Assembly (NCBI GenBank): GCA_038043465.1
Contig: JBBTBX010000006.1
Coordinates: forward strand, 79,463 to 143,462
Origin: Pseudomonadota bacterium
GTDB lineage: Bacteria; Pseudomonadota; Alphaproteobacteria; Rickettsiales; SXRF01
Direction of reading: 5' to 3'
DNA length: 64,000 bases
Of this stretch, positions 56,344-64,000 are shown one piece after another. Numbering within the stretch: the stretch's first letter is position 1; each line of letters begins with the position of its first letter. The notes beneath the pieces are model-generated. The model did no database searches, was not told the DNA's origin, and saw only the letters and a list, made by a program, of their open reading frames with translations. Made by a program: the position numbers and the translations under genes.

Positions 56344-56357
56344 TTGATTTGCATCAA
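56344..56357. promoter_or_regulatory. FNR/Anr/Dnr-type box TTGATTTGCATCAA in the ompW / ydcH divergent region
   Basis: Perfect box centred about 61 nt upstream of the ompW ATG and about 64 nt upstream of the ydcH-like ATG. Confidence 0.65.
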
Positions 56358-56414
56358 GCACCCATACTTTTCTTTGGCTATATACTTTAAGGAAATCAAC
56401 AAAGGAGAAAACAT

Positions 56415-56657
56415 ATGCCACTTGAGAATCACAGCCTAATCAATGAATTTCCCGAAATGCGTGAACATATCCATCAGATGAAAACGTCAAATAATCATTT
56501 CGCACGTTTATTTGCCGAATATGACGCGGTGGAGCATGATGTACATCGCATTGAATCGGGCGCAGAAGCCGCCAGCGATGAACGTCTAGAAGGACTAAAG
56601 AAACAGCGTCTACATTTGAAAGATGAGCTGTTTGGGTTGCTAAAAAAAGCAGCTTAG
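56415..56657 (+). CDS. ydcH: DUF465 (YdcH-like) protein
   Basis: 80 aa. NEFPEMREHIHQMKTSNNHFARLFAEYDAVEHDVHRIE matches the DUF465 pattern. Confidence 0.8.
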   Translation: MPLENHSLINEFPEMREHIHQMKTSNNHFARLFAEYDAVEHDVHRIESGAEAASDERLEGLKKQRLHLKDELFGLLKKAA

Positions 56658-56803
56658 TTCTCTTCCTCATCGTCACGCAAAATTCGGTGCGGTGCGCCGT
56701 CTAAATCTTCAAACTGGCCGCTTTTCATCGCCCAGAAAAAGGCGACAAGTCCAACTAGACCAAGCGTCAGCGCGATGGGTATGAGGTAAAGCAGGATGTT
56801 CAT
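56654..56803 (-). CDS. ccoS: cbb3-type cytochrome oxidase maturation protein CcoS/FixS
   Basis: Below the ORF-track size cutoff. My translation gives MNILLYLIPIALTLGLVGLVAFFWAMKSGQFEDLDGAPHRILRDDEEEN (49 aa), the canonical FixS motif WAxKSGQFDDLD. It lies directly downstream of ccoI. Confidence 0.75.
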   Translation of the reverse strand: MNILLYLIPIALTLGLVGLVAFFWAMKSGQFEDLDGAPHRILRDDEEEN

Positions 56804-56816
56804 GATGACTCTCTTT

Positions 56817-59078
56817 CTACCGCGAAGATTTTAAGGGTTGGTGTGGTGGCTTAAAATCTTTGCGGTCACTAAAATTCAATCGCATTGCATTACCAATGAC
56901 CAGCAGCGATGAGCTAGACATCGCAATGGCAGCAATCAGTGGCGTGACGTAACCAGCAACCGCTAGCGGAATCGCAATCACATTATAACCAATAGCAAGC
57001 AGGAAATTCTGGCGGATCAGTATTTGTGAGAATTTTGCAGTGTCTATAGTAGTGAGCACAGGTTGTAATTTATCACCCTGAAACACAATATCTGCCGCAT
57101 TTTGAGTGATGTCCATCGCCGAAGCAGGAGACATAGAAATAGTTGCTGAAGCAAGCGAGGGTGCATCATTCAACCCATCGCCCACCATCAACACATTCGC
57201 GCCACTTGCTTTCAATGCAGCAATTTTTTCTGCTTTCTCTACAGGTGTGAGTGCGCCCTGAAATGTTGCAATGCCAAGTGTTTCAGCGATTGTCTTCGTA
57301 ACTTCCGGCCGATCACCAGAGAGTAGCAAAGTGTTGATACCTTGCCCATGCAGCGCAGCAATTATTTCTTTCGCATCTTCGCGGAGTTCATCGGCAAAGG
57401 TGAAACGCACTGGAGTTTTACCTTCTTCAGCAAGCCAGAGTTCCAATTCCTCCACCCGTAGGAGGGAGGTTAGGAGGGGGGCATTCTTGCCCAATTGCGA
57501 ATTATCGAGCAAGCCCGCCCCCACCCCAACCCTCCCCCTGTGGGAGAGGGAGTTAACCCACTCCCTTTTCCCCAACCTCACCCCATCCACCTCCAGCCCT
57601 GAGCCTTGTATCTCGTGTACATTCGAACGTGGCGTGATATTCGGACACGCGCGCACAAGAGCCTGAGAAAGTGGATGCTTACTGTTGGCAGCAAGTGATG
57701 CTGCTAGCTCCAATTCACGAATCTCGAACCCTGAATCCTGTAACACTGGCTTACCAACAGTCAGCGTGCCTGTTTTATCAAAGACCGCATGGGTGATGGT
57801 GGCAAGACGCTCGAGTGCACTGCCGCTTTTCAGTAAAATTCCAGAGCGCATCAACTTGCCGCTAGCGAGCACCTGCACCACAGGCACAGCAAGCCCCAGA
57901 GCGCATGGGCAGGTGATGATGAGCACTGTTGCCGCATATAAAAGTGCCAACTGCCATTCGATAGTGCCAAACACCATCCAGCCGATAAATGTGGCAGCCG
58001 CAAGCGCGTGTACGGTAGGCGTGTACCACCCTGAAATACGGTCAGCTAGTGTTACATATTTCGCCTGAGATTGCTCAGCGGTTTCCATCAATTTCACAAT
58101 TTCCGAAAGCAGCGAACACTCGCCTGCCTTGGTGATGCGGATGGTGAGCGGGGAAGCCATATTCACCGTGCCAGCAAAGACTTTCGCGCCCACGCCCACG
58201 CGCGCGGGCAGAGTTTCACCTGTAATCAGGCTGGTATCAAGCTCCGATTCACCGCTCGTAATTTCGCCATCTGCCCCGATTTTTTCACCCACCGCAACCA
58301 GCAATGTCATACCTTCTTTTAATTCCGATAGTGGAACGGTTTCTTGCTTGCCATCTTTTACAATCGTCGAAAATCCCGTCATCATCTGCAACAAATCATG
58401 CGCCGCACTGCGCGCGCGGCCTTTGGCATGGGCTTCGAGATACCGCCCGATGAGCAGGAAAAATAGCAGCATAACGCCGGAATCAAAATAGGAATGCCGC
58501 CCGAATGTCGCAGTTTCGTAAATGCTCATCAATGTGGCGAGAATCACCGCCACGGAAATAGGCACATCCATATTCGTTTTGCGCTGCGAAAGGGCTTTCC
58601 ACGCTGATTTGTAAAATGGCAAGCCTGAGTAGGCGATGGCTGGAATGGCAATGGCAGCTTGCACCCAGTGGAAAAATGTGCGCGTGGCCTCGCCCATTTG
58701 CACCGTATCGCTGCTCCAGAGTGGCACGGAAAACAGCATCAGATTGCCGCTGGCAAATCCCGCTACCGCGAGGCAGCGCAGCAAAAATTTCTCTTCTTTC
58801 TTTTCGGAGGTTTCAGCTGTGGCGGGGTCAAACGGCACTGCGCGGTAACCCATACCGTTAATAAGACTCACCCACTCATCACCAAGTTCCACCGCACCTT
58901 TCCACGCAACGCGCAGACGCTTGGTGGAAAGGTTGAGACGTGCATTTTCAACTGCTTCTTGCTTTTTTAGGGCATTTTCAATGATAGCAACACATGATGG
59001 ACAGTGCATACCATCCACCAGAAGATTGAGGCTGTATGTGCCATCGGATTCGTTAGTGATGAAGGGTTTGGCGGTCAT
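56817..59078 (-). CDS. ccoI: Copper-translocating P1B-type ATPase CcoI/FixI
   Basis: 753 aa. N-terminal HMA motif GMHCPSCV; TM CPC; phosphorylation site DKTGTLT; GDGLNDAP hinge. It follows ccoH. Confidence 0.9.
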   Translation of the reverse strand: MTAKPFITNESDGTYSLNLLVDGMHCPSCVAIIENALKKQEAVENARLNLSTKRLRVAWKGAVELGDEWVSLINGMGYRAVPFDPATAETSEKKEEKFLLRCLAVAGFASGNLMLFSVPLWSSDTVQMGEATRTFFHWVQAAIAIPAIAYSGLPFYKSAWKALSQRKTNMDVPISVAVILATLMSIYETATFGRHSYFDSGVMLLFFLLIGRYLEAHAKGRARSAAHDLLQMMTGFSTIVKDGKQETVPLSELKEGMTLLVAVGEKIGADGEITSGESELDTSLITGETLPARVGVGAKVFAGTVNMASPLTIRITKAGECSLLSEIVKLMETAEQSQAKYVTLADRISGWYTPTVHALAAATFIGWMVFGTIEWQLALLYAATVLIITCPCALGLAVPVVQVLASGKLMRSGILLKSGSALERLATITHAVFDKTGTLTVGKPVLQDSGFEIRELELAASLAANSKHPLSQALVRACPNITPRSNVHEIQGSGLEVDGVRLGKREWVNSLSHRGRVGVGAGLLDNSQLGKNAPLLTSLLRVEELELWLAEEGKTPVRFTFADELREDAKEIIAALHGQGINTLLLSGDRPEVTKTIAETLGIATFQGALTPVEKAEKIAALKASGANVLMVGDGLNDAPSLASATISMSPASAMDITQNAADIVFQGDKLQPVLTTIDTAKFSQILIRQNFLLAIGYNVIAIPLAVAGYVTPLIAAIAMSSSSLLVIGNAMRLNFSDRKDFKPPHQPLKSSR
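57450..57551. repeat. GC-rich imperfect palindromic element lying in-frame inside ccoI
   Basis: The G-rich arm CTCCACCCGTAGGAGGGAGGTTAGGAGGGGGG (57450-57481) can pair with the C-rich arm GCCCGCCCCCACCCCAACCCTCCCCCTGTGGGAGAGGGAG (57512-57551) around a 30-nt loop. It encodes ..SLSHRGRVGVGAGLLDNSQLGKNAPLLTSLLRVE.. in the nucleotide-binding domain region. Confidence 0.5.
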
Positions 59079-59512
59079 TCAACAACAATCCGTTTCGATT
59101 GCTGAAAATTTTTATCCCCCACCACCGCATCCACCCGCACATGCCAGATGCCCTTGGCAGAGAACGTGACGGGCGTTTGTTCGCCTTGTAATTCAACCGA
59201 AAAATCTATACCCGATTGTGTGGGGCGGGTGAATGTAGCTTTGGCGTTGTCGGGGGTGATGGTAGTGCCGTTTTTGTCTTTGAGTATGAAAACTATCAAG
59301 TCATCGGCATAGCGAATCTCACCTTGCCACCCCAATGCTGCTTGTGCATTTTCAGCTTCTACCACCTGATTATATGCCAGCCCTTTTTCATACGGATGAT
59401 CGGTCACCGTGCCACTATGCGTGCGGATGGCAAGCGTCATCATCACCGCATTCACCGCAGCGATAAAGCCGAAAAATGCAATGAAATACCATGCTACGCG
59501 CTTTCCCGTCAT
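59075..59512 (-). CDS. ccoH: CcoH/FixH family protein
   Basis: 145 aa. It has an N-terminal TM segment (WYFIAFFGFIAAVNAVMMTLAI) followed by HPYEKGLAYNQVVE...LGWQ, as in FixH. ATGA overlap with ccoI. Confidence 0.75.
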   Translation of the reverse strand: MTGKRVAWYFIAFFGFIAAVNAVMMTLAIRTHSGTVTDHPYEKGLAYNQVVEAENAQAALGWQGEIRYADDLIVFILKDKNGTTITPDNAKATFTRPTQSGIDFSVELQGEQTPVTFSAKGIWHVRVDAVVGDKNFQQSKRIVVE

Positions 59513-60972
59513 CGCCCCTCACTTATAAAGACCGTGTCTTTCGCCTGAGTGATATTACTGCCATTTTCAATGAGTTGAAACGTAATTTCTTGGCGCGGCT
59601 CTGCTTGTTTTTTAGCCGTAAGAAACACACGGAAATGCCCAACGGAGTTAGCAAACACTGGCAAATGCTCGGCTGGAATATCGCTGCTGGCTTGCACGCG
59701 TATTTCTTTATTCTCCAGTCCTTCCACGCTGAGCGCATAGCTTTTATCTTCGTGGTGCTTGTTGATAATGGTGATGTTGTAGCCGTTACGAATCGAGTCA
59801 TCGGAGAGCTTTACAAATAACGGGTTGCGGTCGTGAATCACGTTTATTTCGAGCGGTGAGCGCGTGAGTAAGCTATAGAGCATCAAGCAACCAACAATGG
59901 AGATGATGCCACCATACCAGAATGTGCGCGGACGCAGCGGATTGAATTTCTTTTTGCTCTCCGTGTCATAGCGTATCAGACCTTTGGGCAGACCGATTTT
60001 CTCCATCACATTATCGCACGCATCAATGCAAAGTCCGCAGGCAATGCAATCCATTTGTAATCCTTCGCGAATGTCGATACCCATGGGGCAGACGGCAACG
60101 CAGCCATCGCAATCAATGCAATGACCCTGTTTTTGTTGCTCCCAGCTCGGACTACTGTCCTCGCTATGGAGCGCAGCGTTCGCTGGCTCATGGCTGGCGC
60201 GGTCTGCTGACCGCGCAAGTTGCGCCTGTAAATTCTTCCACTTTCCGCGTGGCTCACCGCGCTGTTCGTCATAGGCAATAATCAGCGTGTCTTTGTCAAA
60301 CATGGCAGATTGAAACCGCGCATACGGGCACATATAGGTGCAGACCTGCTCGCGCGCGAAACCGGCCATGAGATAGGTGGAGAATGTAAGCCCAAGAATC
60401 CAACCGCCGACGCTCCATGGCACGTCAAAATGGATGATCTGATCAAGCAATGTCGGTGCATCGTTGAAATAAAACACCCAGGCACCGCCAGTGCATAGGC
60501 CGATGAGTATCCAGATGATGTGCGTAAGGCCTTTTTTGCGGATTTTTTCAAATGTCCACGGCGATTCATCGAGTTTTTTGCGAGCGTTGCGGTCACCTTG
60601 CACGATGCGTTCAACCCACACAAATAAGTCCGTCCACACCGTTTGCGGGCAAGCATAGCCACACCACACACGACCAAACAGTGAGGTGACGAAGAACAAC
60701 CCCACTGCTGCTAAAATCAAAATACCCGTGAGGTAATAGACTTCCTGCGGCCAGATTTCGATACCGAAGAAATAGGCTCGGGTGTGTGCCATGTCGATGA
60801 GTATCGCTTGGCTAGGTGATGATTCTCCTCTATCCCAGCGCAGCCACGGCGCACCATAATAAATAACTAGCAGCGTAATCATGGAAAGCCATTTCAGTTT
60901 ACGAAACGTTCCCCACACGCGACGCGGATAAATCTTCTTCTGCTTGGCAAACAGCTGAATATCGTCGCTCAT
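59509..60972 (-). CDS. ccoG: cbb3 oxidase accessory 4Fe-4S protein CcoG/FixG
   Basis: 487 aa. Contains WCGYACPQTVW and two ferredoxin motifs, CIDCDGCVAVCP and CIACGLCIDAC. Confidence 0.9.
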   Translation of the reverse strand: MSDDIQLFAKQKKIYPRRVWGTFRKLKWLSMITLLVIYYGAPWLRWDRGESSPSQAILIDMAHTRAYFFGIEIWPQEVYYLTGILILAAVGLFFVTSLFGRVWCGYACPQTVWTDLFVWVERIVQGDRNARKKLDESPWTFEKIRKKGLTHIIWILIGLCTGGAWVFYFNDAPTLLDQIIHFDVPWSVGGWILGLTFSTYLMAGFAREQVCTYMCPYARFQSAMFDKDTLIIAYDEQRGEPRGKWKNLQAQLARSADRASHEPANAALHSEDSSPSWEQQKQGHCIDCDGCVAVCPMGIDIREGLQMDCIACGLCIDACDNVMEKIGLPKGLIRYDTESKKKFNPLRPRTFWYGGIISIVGCLMLYSLLTRSPLEINVIHDRNPLFVKLSDDSIRNGYNITIINKHHEDKSYALSVEGLENKEIRVQASSDIPAEHLPVFANSVGHFRVFLTAKKQAEPRQEITFQLIENGSNITQAKDTVFISEGR

Positions 60973-61823
60973 TCCCCGCCGCCTAGTGAGTGCACATATA
61001 TCGTCAGCTGCTTGATGGTCTCATCCGATAGGCGCGTTTCCCACGCGGGCATCACACCATGTTTGGGATTGGAAATCTGCTGCGCTAGGCTTGCTTTGTC
61101 AGCACCATAGAGAGCGATTGCATCCGCCAGATTCGGCGCGCCAAATTCACGACCACCTTTGCCATCCACGCCGTGGCAAGAAGAACAGTTGGTTGCAAAT
61201 AATCCTGCACCTTGCTCATTCGAATTGCTTTTGCCAGAAAGGGAGAGCACGTGCTGCGCGATCGCATCAATTTCTTCACGCTTTAGGCTTGCATCAAAGG
61301 CAGGCATTTGCGAATCACGCGCCTGTGCGTGACCAGAACGCACACCCACTTTGAGCGTGGTATATATATCCTCGAGTTTACCGCCCCACAGCCAATCATC
61401 ATCATTCAGGTTCGGATAGCCCTTACCACCTGCCGCCCCCGTGCCATGGCAGGCCGCACAATTTTCTTTGAACATGGTTTTACCTCCCGCCACCGCAAAG
61501 GCATAAAGCTCAGGATCTTTCTGGATTTCATTTAAGCTACGCGCTTTAATTCTCGCTGCGAATTCACCACGACGCAGGGTAATTTCTTCCTGTTCTGCTT
61601 TAAGCTTGGTGTATTGAGTCCAGCCCGCTGTGCCTTTCGTATTTCCTGAAAGCGTTGGCCAGGCGGGATAGATCACCCAATAGCCGACTGCCCAGATGCA
61701 GGTAATAAAAAACACCCACAACCACCAGCGCGGTGCGGGGTTGTTGAGTTCTTTTATTCCGTCCCAATCATGGCCAGTGGTTTCAACACCGGAGTGCTTG
61801 TCTATTTCTTTGTTATCAGTCAT
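60969..61823 (-). CDS. ccoP: cbb3-type cytochrome c oxidase subunit P (dihaem c)
   Basis: Start trimmed to the ATG at 61823 (GAGGA upstream). Two CxxCH motifs (CAACHG, CSSCHG) and an N-terminal TM segment. Confidence 0.9.
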   Translation of the reverse strand: MTDNKEIDKHSGVETTGHDWDGIKELNNPAPRWWLWVFFITCIWAVGYWVIYPAWPTLSGNTKGTAGWTQYTKLKAEQEEITLRRGEFAARIKARSLNEIQKDPELYAFAVAGGKTMFKENCAACHGTGAAGGKGYPNLNDDDWLWGGKLEDIYTTLKVGVRSGHAQARDSQMPAFDASLKREEIDAIAQHVLSLSGKSNSNEQGAGLFATNCSSCHGVDGKGGREFGAPNLADAIALYGADKASLAQQISNPKHGVMPAWETRLSDETIKQLTIYVHSLGGGE

Positions 61824-61968
61824 TGGAATCCTCATTGAGCGGAATGTTTCCATAATTCTGCATCTGTTGTTTCGCGCTTGGGCGATAGGTGCGATAGGCT
61901 ACCCACAGAAAGAATGTGAAGAAGAAAATCAGGCCAGTGGTTGGGGCATATTCATAGATAAGGTTCAT
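61816..61968 (-). CDS. ccoQ: cbb3-type cytochrome c oxidase subunit Q
   Basis: Below the ORF-track cutoff. My translation gives [50 protein letters not shown] (50 aa). ATGA overlap with the ccoO stop and an 8-nt overlap with the ccoP start. Confidence 0.6.
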   Translation of the reverse strand: MNLIYEYAPTTGLIFFFTFFLWVAYRTYRPSAKQQMQNYGNIPLNEDSND

Positions 61969-62720
61969 GGTTTTGCCTCCCCAGCCTTCACGGCACTTGA
62001 GTCGTTATTTAGCTGGTAATCCTTGATATCCGCCAGTGTGCCAAGGGACTGCAGATAAGCGACCAGCGCATCCATTTCGGAAACAAAGTTTTTCTGCCCA
62101 TCAAAATCACGCACATTCACCTTTTTGCCATAACGCGCGGTAATGCCTGCCGTATCAGAATCGGCGCGGGCTTGCGCCATTGCATCGTTATAGGCATGCT
62201 CAATCATCTCATCCGTATAAGGCACCCCCACCGTGCGGTGTGCTTTCATGAGCTTAGAAATTTTGCCAATGTCAGCCGCTTGATTCATCATGAAGCTATA
62301 GGACGGCATGATGGATTCTGGCACAACATCGCGCGGGCGAATCATGTGTGCAGTGTGCCATTCGTCGGAGTATTTTCCGCCCACGCGCGCCAAATCCGGC
62401 CCGATGCGTTTGCTACCCCAGAGAAACGGATGGTCATACATGCTTTCCGCGGCGAGCGAATAATGCCCGTAGCGTTCCACTTCGTCACGTAGCGGACGAA
62501 TCTGTTGACTATGACATGAATTGCAGTTTTCACGAATGTAAATCTGCTGACCCGCAAGCTCAATCGGTGTATAGGGACGTATACCACTCACTTTCTCAAT
62601 CGTGGTTTCAATGCGAAACAGCGGCACAATTTCCACCAAGCCGCCAATAGAAATCGCAACGATAGTAAACACCAGCATGAGGATAGAATTACGTTCCAGT
62701 TTTCCGTGATGCTTAAACAT
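61965..62720 (-). CDS. ccoO: cbb3-type cytochrome c oxidase subunit O (monohaem c)
   Basis: 251 aa. [16 protein letters not shown] segment, [11 protein letters not shown] haem motif and [16 protein letters not shown]. Confidence 0.95.
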   Translation of the reverse strand: MFKHHGKLERNSILMLVFTIVAISIGGLVEIVPLFRIETTIEKVSGIRPYTPIELAGQQIYIRENCNSCHSQQIRPLRDEVERYGHYSLAAESMYDHPFLWGSKRIGPDLARVGGKYSDEWHTAHMIRPRDVVPESIMPSYSFMMNQAADIGKISKLMKAHRTVGVPYTDEMIEHAYNDAMAQARADSDTAGITARYGKKVNVRDFDGQKNFVSEMDALVAYLQSLGTLADIKDYQLNNDSSAVKAGEAKP

Positions 62721-64000
62721 ACGCTGCCTCCTTTGCTACTGCCACTTTCGGAGGGTTCACTGTGCGCCAGCAATTATACACCATGATGAGCATACCCGCG
62801 AGATAGAGCAGACCGCCAAGTGCGCGGATGAGATAGTATGGATGCATCGCCTCCACTGTTTCCACAAAGGAATATTCAAGGAAGCCCATGGAATCATACG
62901 CACGCCACATGAGACCTTGCATAATCCCCGAAATCCACATGGCGGTGATGTAGAACACGATGCCGATCGTGGCCACCCACAGATGGATACTGATAAGGCG
63001 CATCGAATACATCTCCTTCTTTTTCCACAGTACAGGAACTAGATGGTAGATTGCGCCAAAGCTTATGAACGCCACCCAGCCGAGTGCACCGGAATGCACG
63101 TGACCAATACCCCAATCGGTATAATGCGAGAGCGAATTCACCGCTTTGATTGACATAAGCGGGCCTTCAAACGTGCTCATACCATAAAATGCGAGCGCAA
63201 CGATCATGAACTGCAACACAGGATCATCTCGCAATTTGTGCCACGCGCCTGAGAGCGTCATCACGCCATTGATCATGCCGCCCCAAGAAGGCATCCACAG
63301 CATGATGGAAAAGGTCATGCCGAGTGTTTGCGCCCAGTCTGGCAGGGCGGTGTAATGTAGATGATGCGGCCCTGCCCAAATGTAGATGAAGATGAGAGAC
63401 CAGAAATGGAGAATCGAAAGGCGGTAAGAATAGACTGGGCGATTCGTGCGTTTGGGAATGAAATAATACATGATGCCAAGAAAGCCAGCGGTCAGGAAAA
63501 ACCCCACCGCATTATGACCATACCACCACTGAATGAGCGCGGCTTGTACCCCGCCCCACACCGGCACTGATTTTGCGCCGAGACCTGATACAGGAACGCT
63601 TGCACCATTCACCAAATGGAGGATAGCGACGGTTGCAATGAACGCCAAGAAGAACCAGTTTGCCACATAAATATGTGGCTCTTTGCGGTTTTTCAGCGTC
63701 ATCATAAACACAACCAGATACGCCACCCAAACCACAGTGAGCCATAGATCTGCATACCATTCTGGTTCCGCATATTCTTTGCCTTGCGTCACACCCAGCA
63801 CATAACCAAGTGCCGCCATCACGATAAACGCTTGATAACCCCAGAAGGTGAAGTTAGCGAGCTTGTCATTCCACAGCCGTGTTTGGCAGGTGCGCTGCAC
63901 GACAAAATACGAGGTGGCGAACAACACGCTGCCGCCAAAAGCAAAAATTACCCCCGATGTATGCACAGGGCGCAGACGACCAAAAGAAAAATACGGTTCA
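62713..64000 (-). CDS. ccoN: cbb3-type cytochrome c oxidase subunit N (5' end outside the window)
   Basis: The open frame continues to the window edge. Polytopic, with haem-copper oxidase His motifs ([21 protein letters not shown]). Its stop overlaps the ccoO start. Confidence 0.95.
   Translation of the reverse strand, partial: EPYFSFGRLRPVHTSGVIFAFGGSVLFATSYFVVQRTCQTRLWNDKLANFTFWGYQAFIVMAALGYVLGVTQGKEYAEPEWYADLWLTVVWVAYLVVFMMTLKNRKEPHIYVANWFFLAFIATVAILHLVNGASVPVSGLGAKSVPVWGGVQAALIQWWYGHNAVGFFLTAGFLGIMYYFIPKRTNRPVYSYRLSILHFWSLIFIYIWAGPHHLHYTALPDWAQTLGMTFSIMLWMPSWGGMINGVMTLSGAWHKLRDDPVLQFMIVALAFYGMSTFEGPLMSIKAVNSLSHYTDWGIGHVHSGALGWVAFISFGAIYHLVPVLWKKKEMYSMRLISIHLWVATIGIVFYITAMWISGIMQGLMWRAYDSMGFLEYSFVETVEAMHPYYLIRALGGLLYLAGMLIMVYNCWRTVNPPKVAVAKEAAYV

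Overview
This is a 64-kb chromosomal segment, probably proteobacterial (I cannot assign the taxon), and it falls into three blocks. (i) 1-2879 is core DNA: a partial GspF/PilC-like gene, a PilB/GspE-family ATPase and tRNA-Ala(GGC). (ii) About 2880-33180 is a visibly more AT-rich, mosaic genomic island next to the tRNA. It carries a large serine recombinase module (recombinase, DUF2924, DUF5681-like, ParB-DNA methyltransferase fusion, GIY-YIG-like protein). Its defence-type cargo is a 1291-aa Rad50/AAA_13-like ATPase fused to two LexA/S24-like domains, plus a tightly coupled operon: HTH, type III Res, Mod, unknown 232-aa protein, DUF488, DUF488, RelE-like/UvrD helicase. The island also holds a second serine recombinase coupled to two ParB-like proteins, and several decayed pieces: a GNAT toxin fragment, a frameshifted secreted beta-helix gene, a truncated paralogue of the ParB-methyltransferase/GIY-YIG module and a truncated AAA_13 ATPase. 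(iii) 33185-64000 is an anaerobic/microaerobic respiration block. It contains frameshifted nnrS, narK-narK-narGHJI, a NIT-Crp/Fnr fusion regulator, moaA-moaC/B-moeA-moaD-moaE-mobA behind a Moco riboswitch candidate, moeB-rhodanese, tauE, a second Fnr-type regulator, ompW, ydcH and ccoNOQP-ccoGHIS (ccoN runs off the window). Six perfect TTGAT-N4-ATCAA boxes, all intergenic, tie this block together. The strongest novelty candidates are the ATPase-S24 fusion, the extended R-M/DUF488/helicase operon, the NIT-Fnr regulator and an in-frame palindromic element inside ccoI. All domain calls rest on motif recognition by eye; no database search was run.
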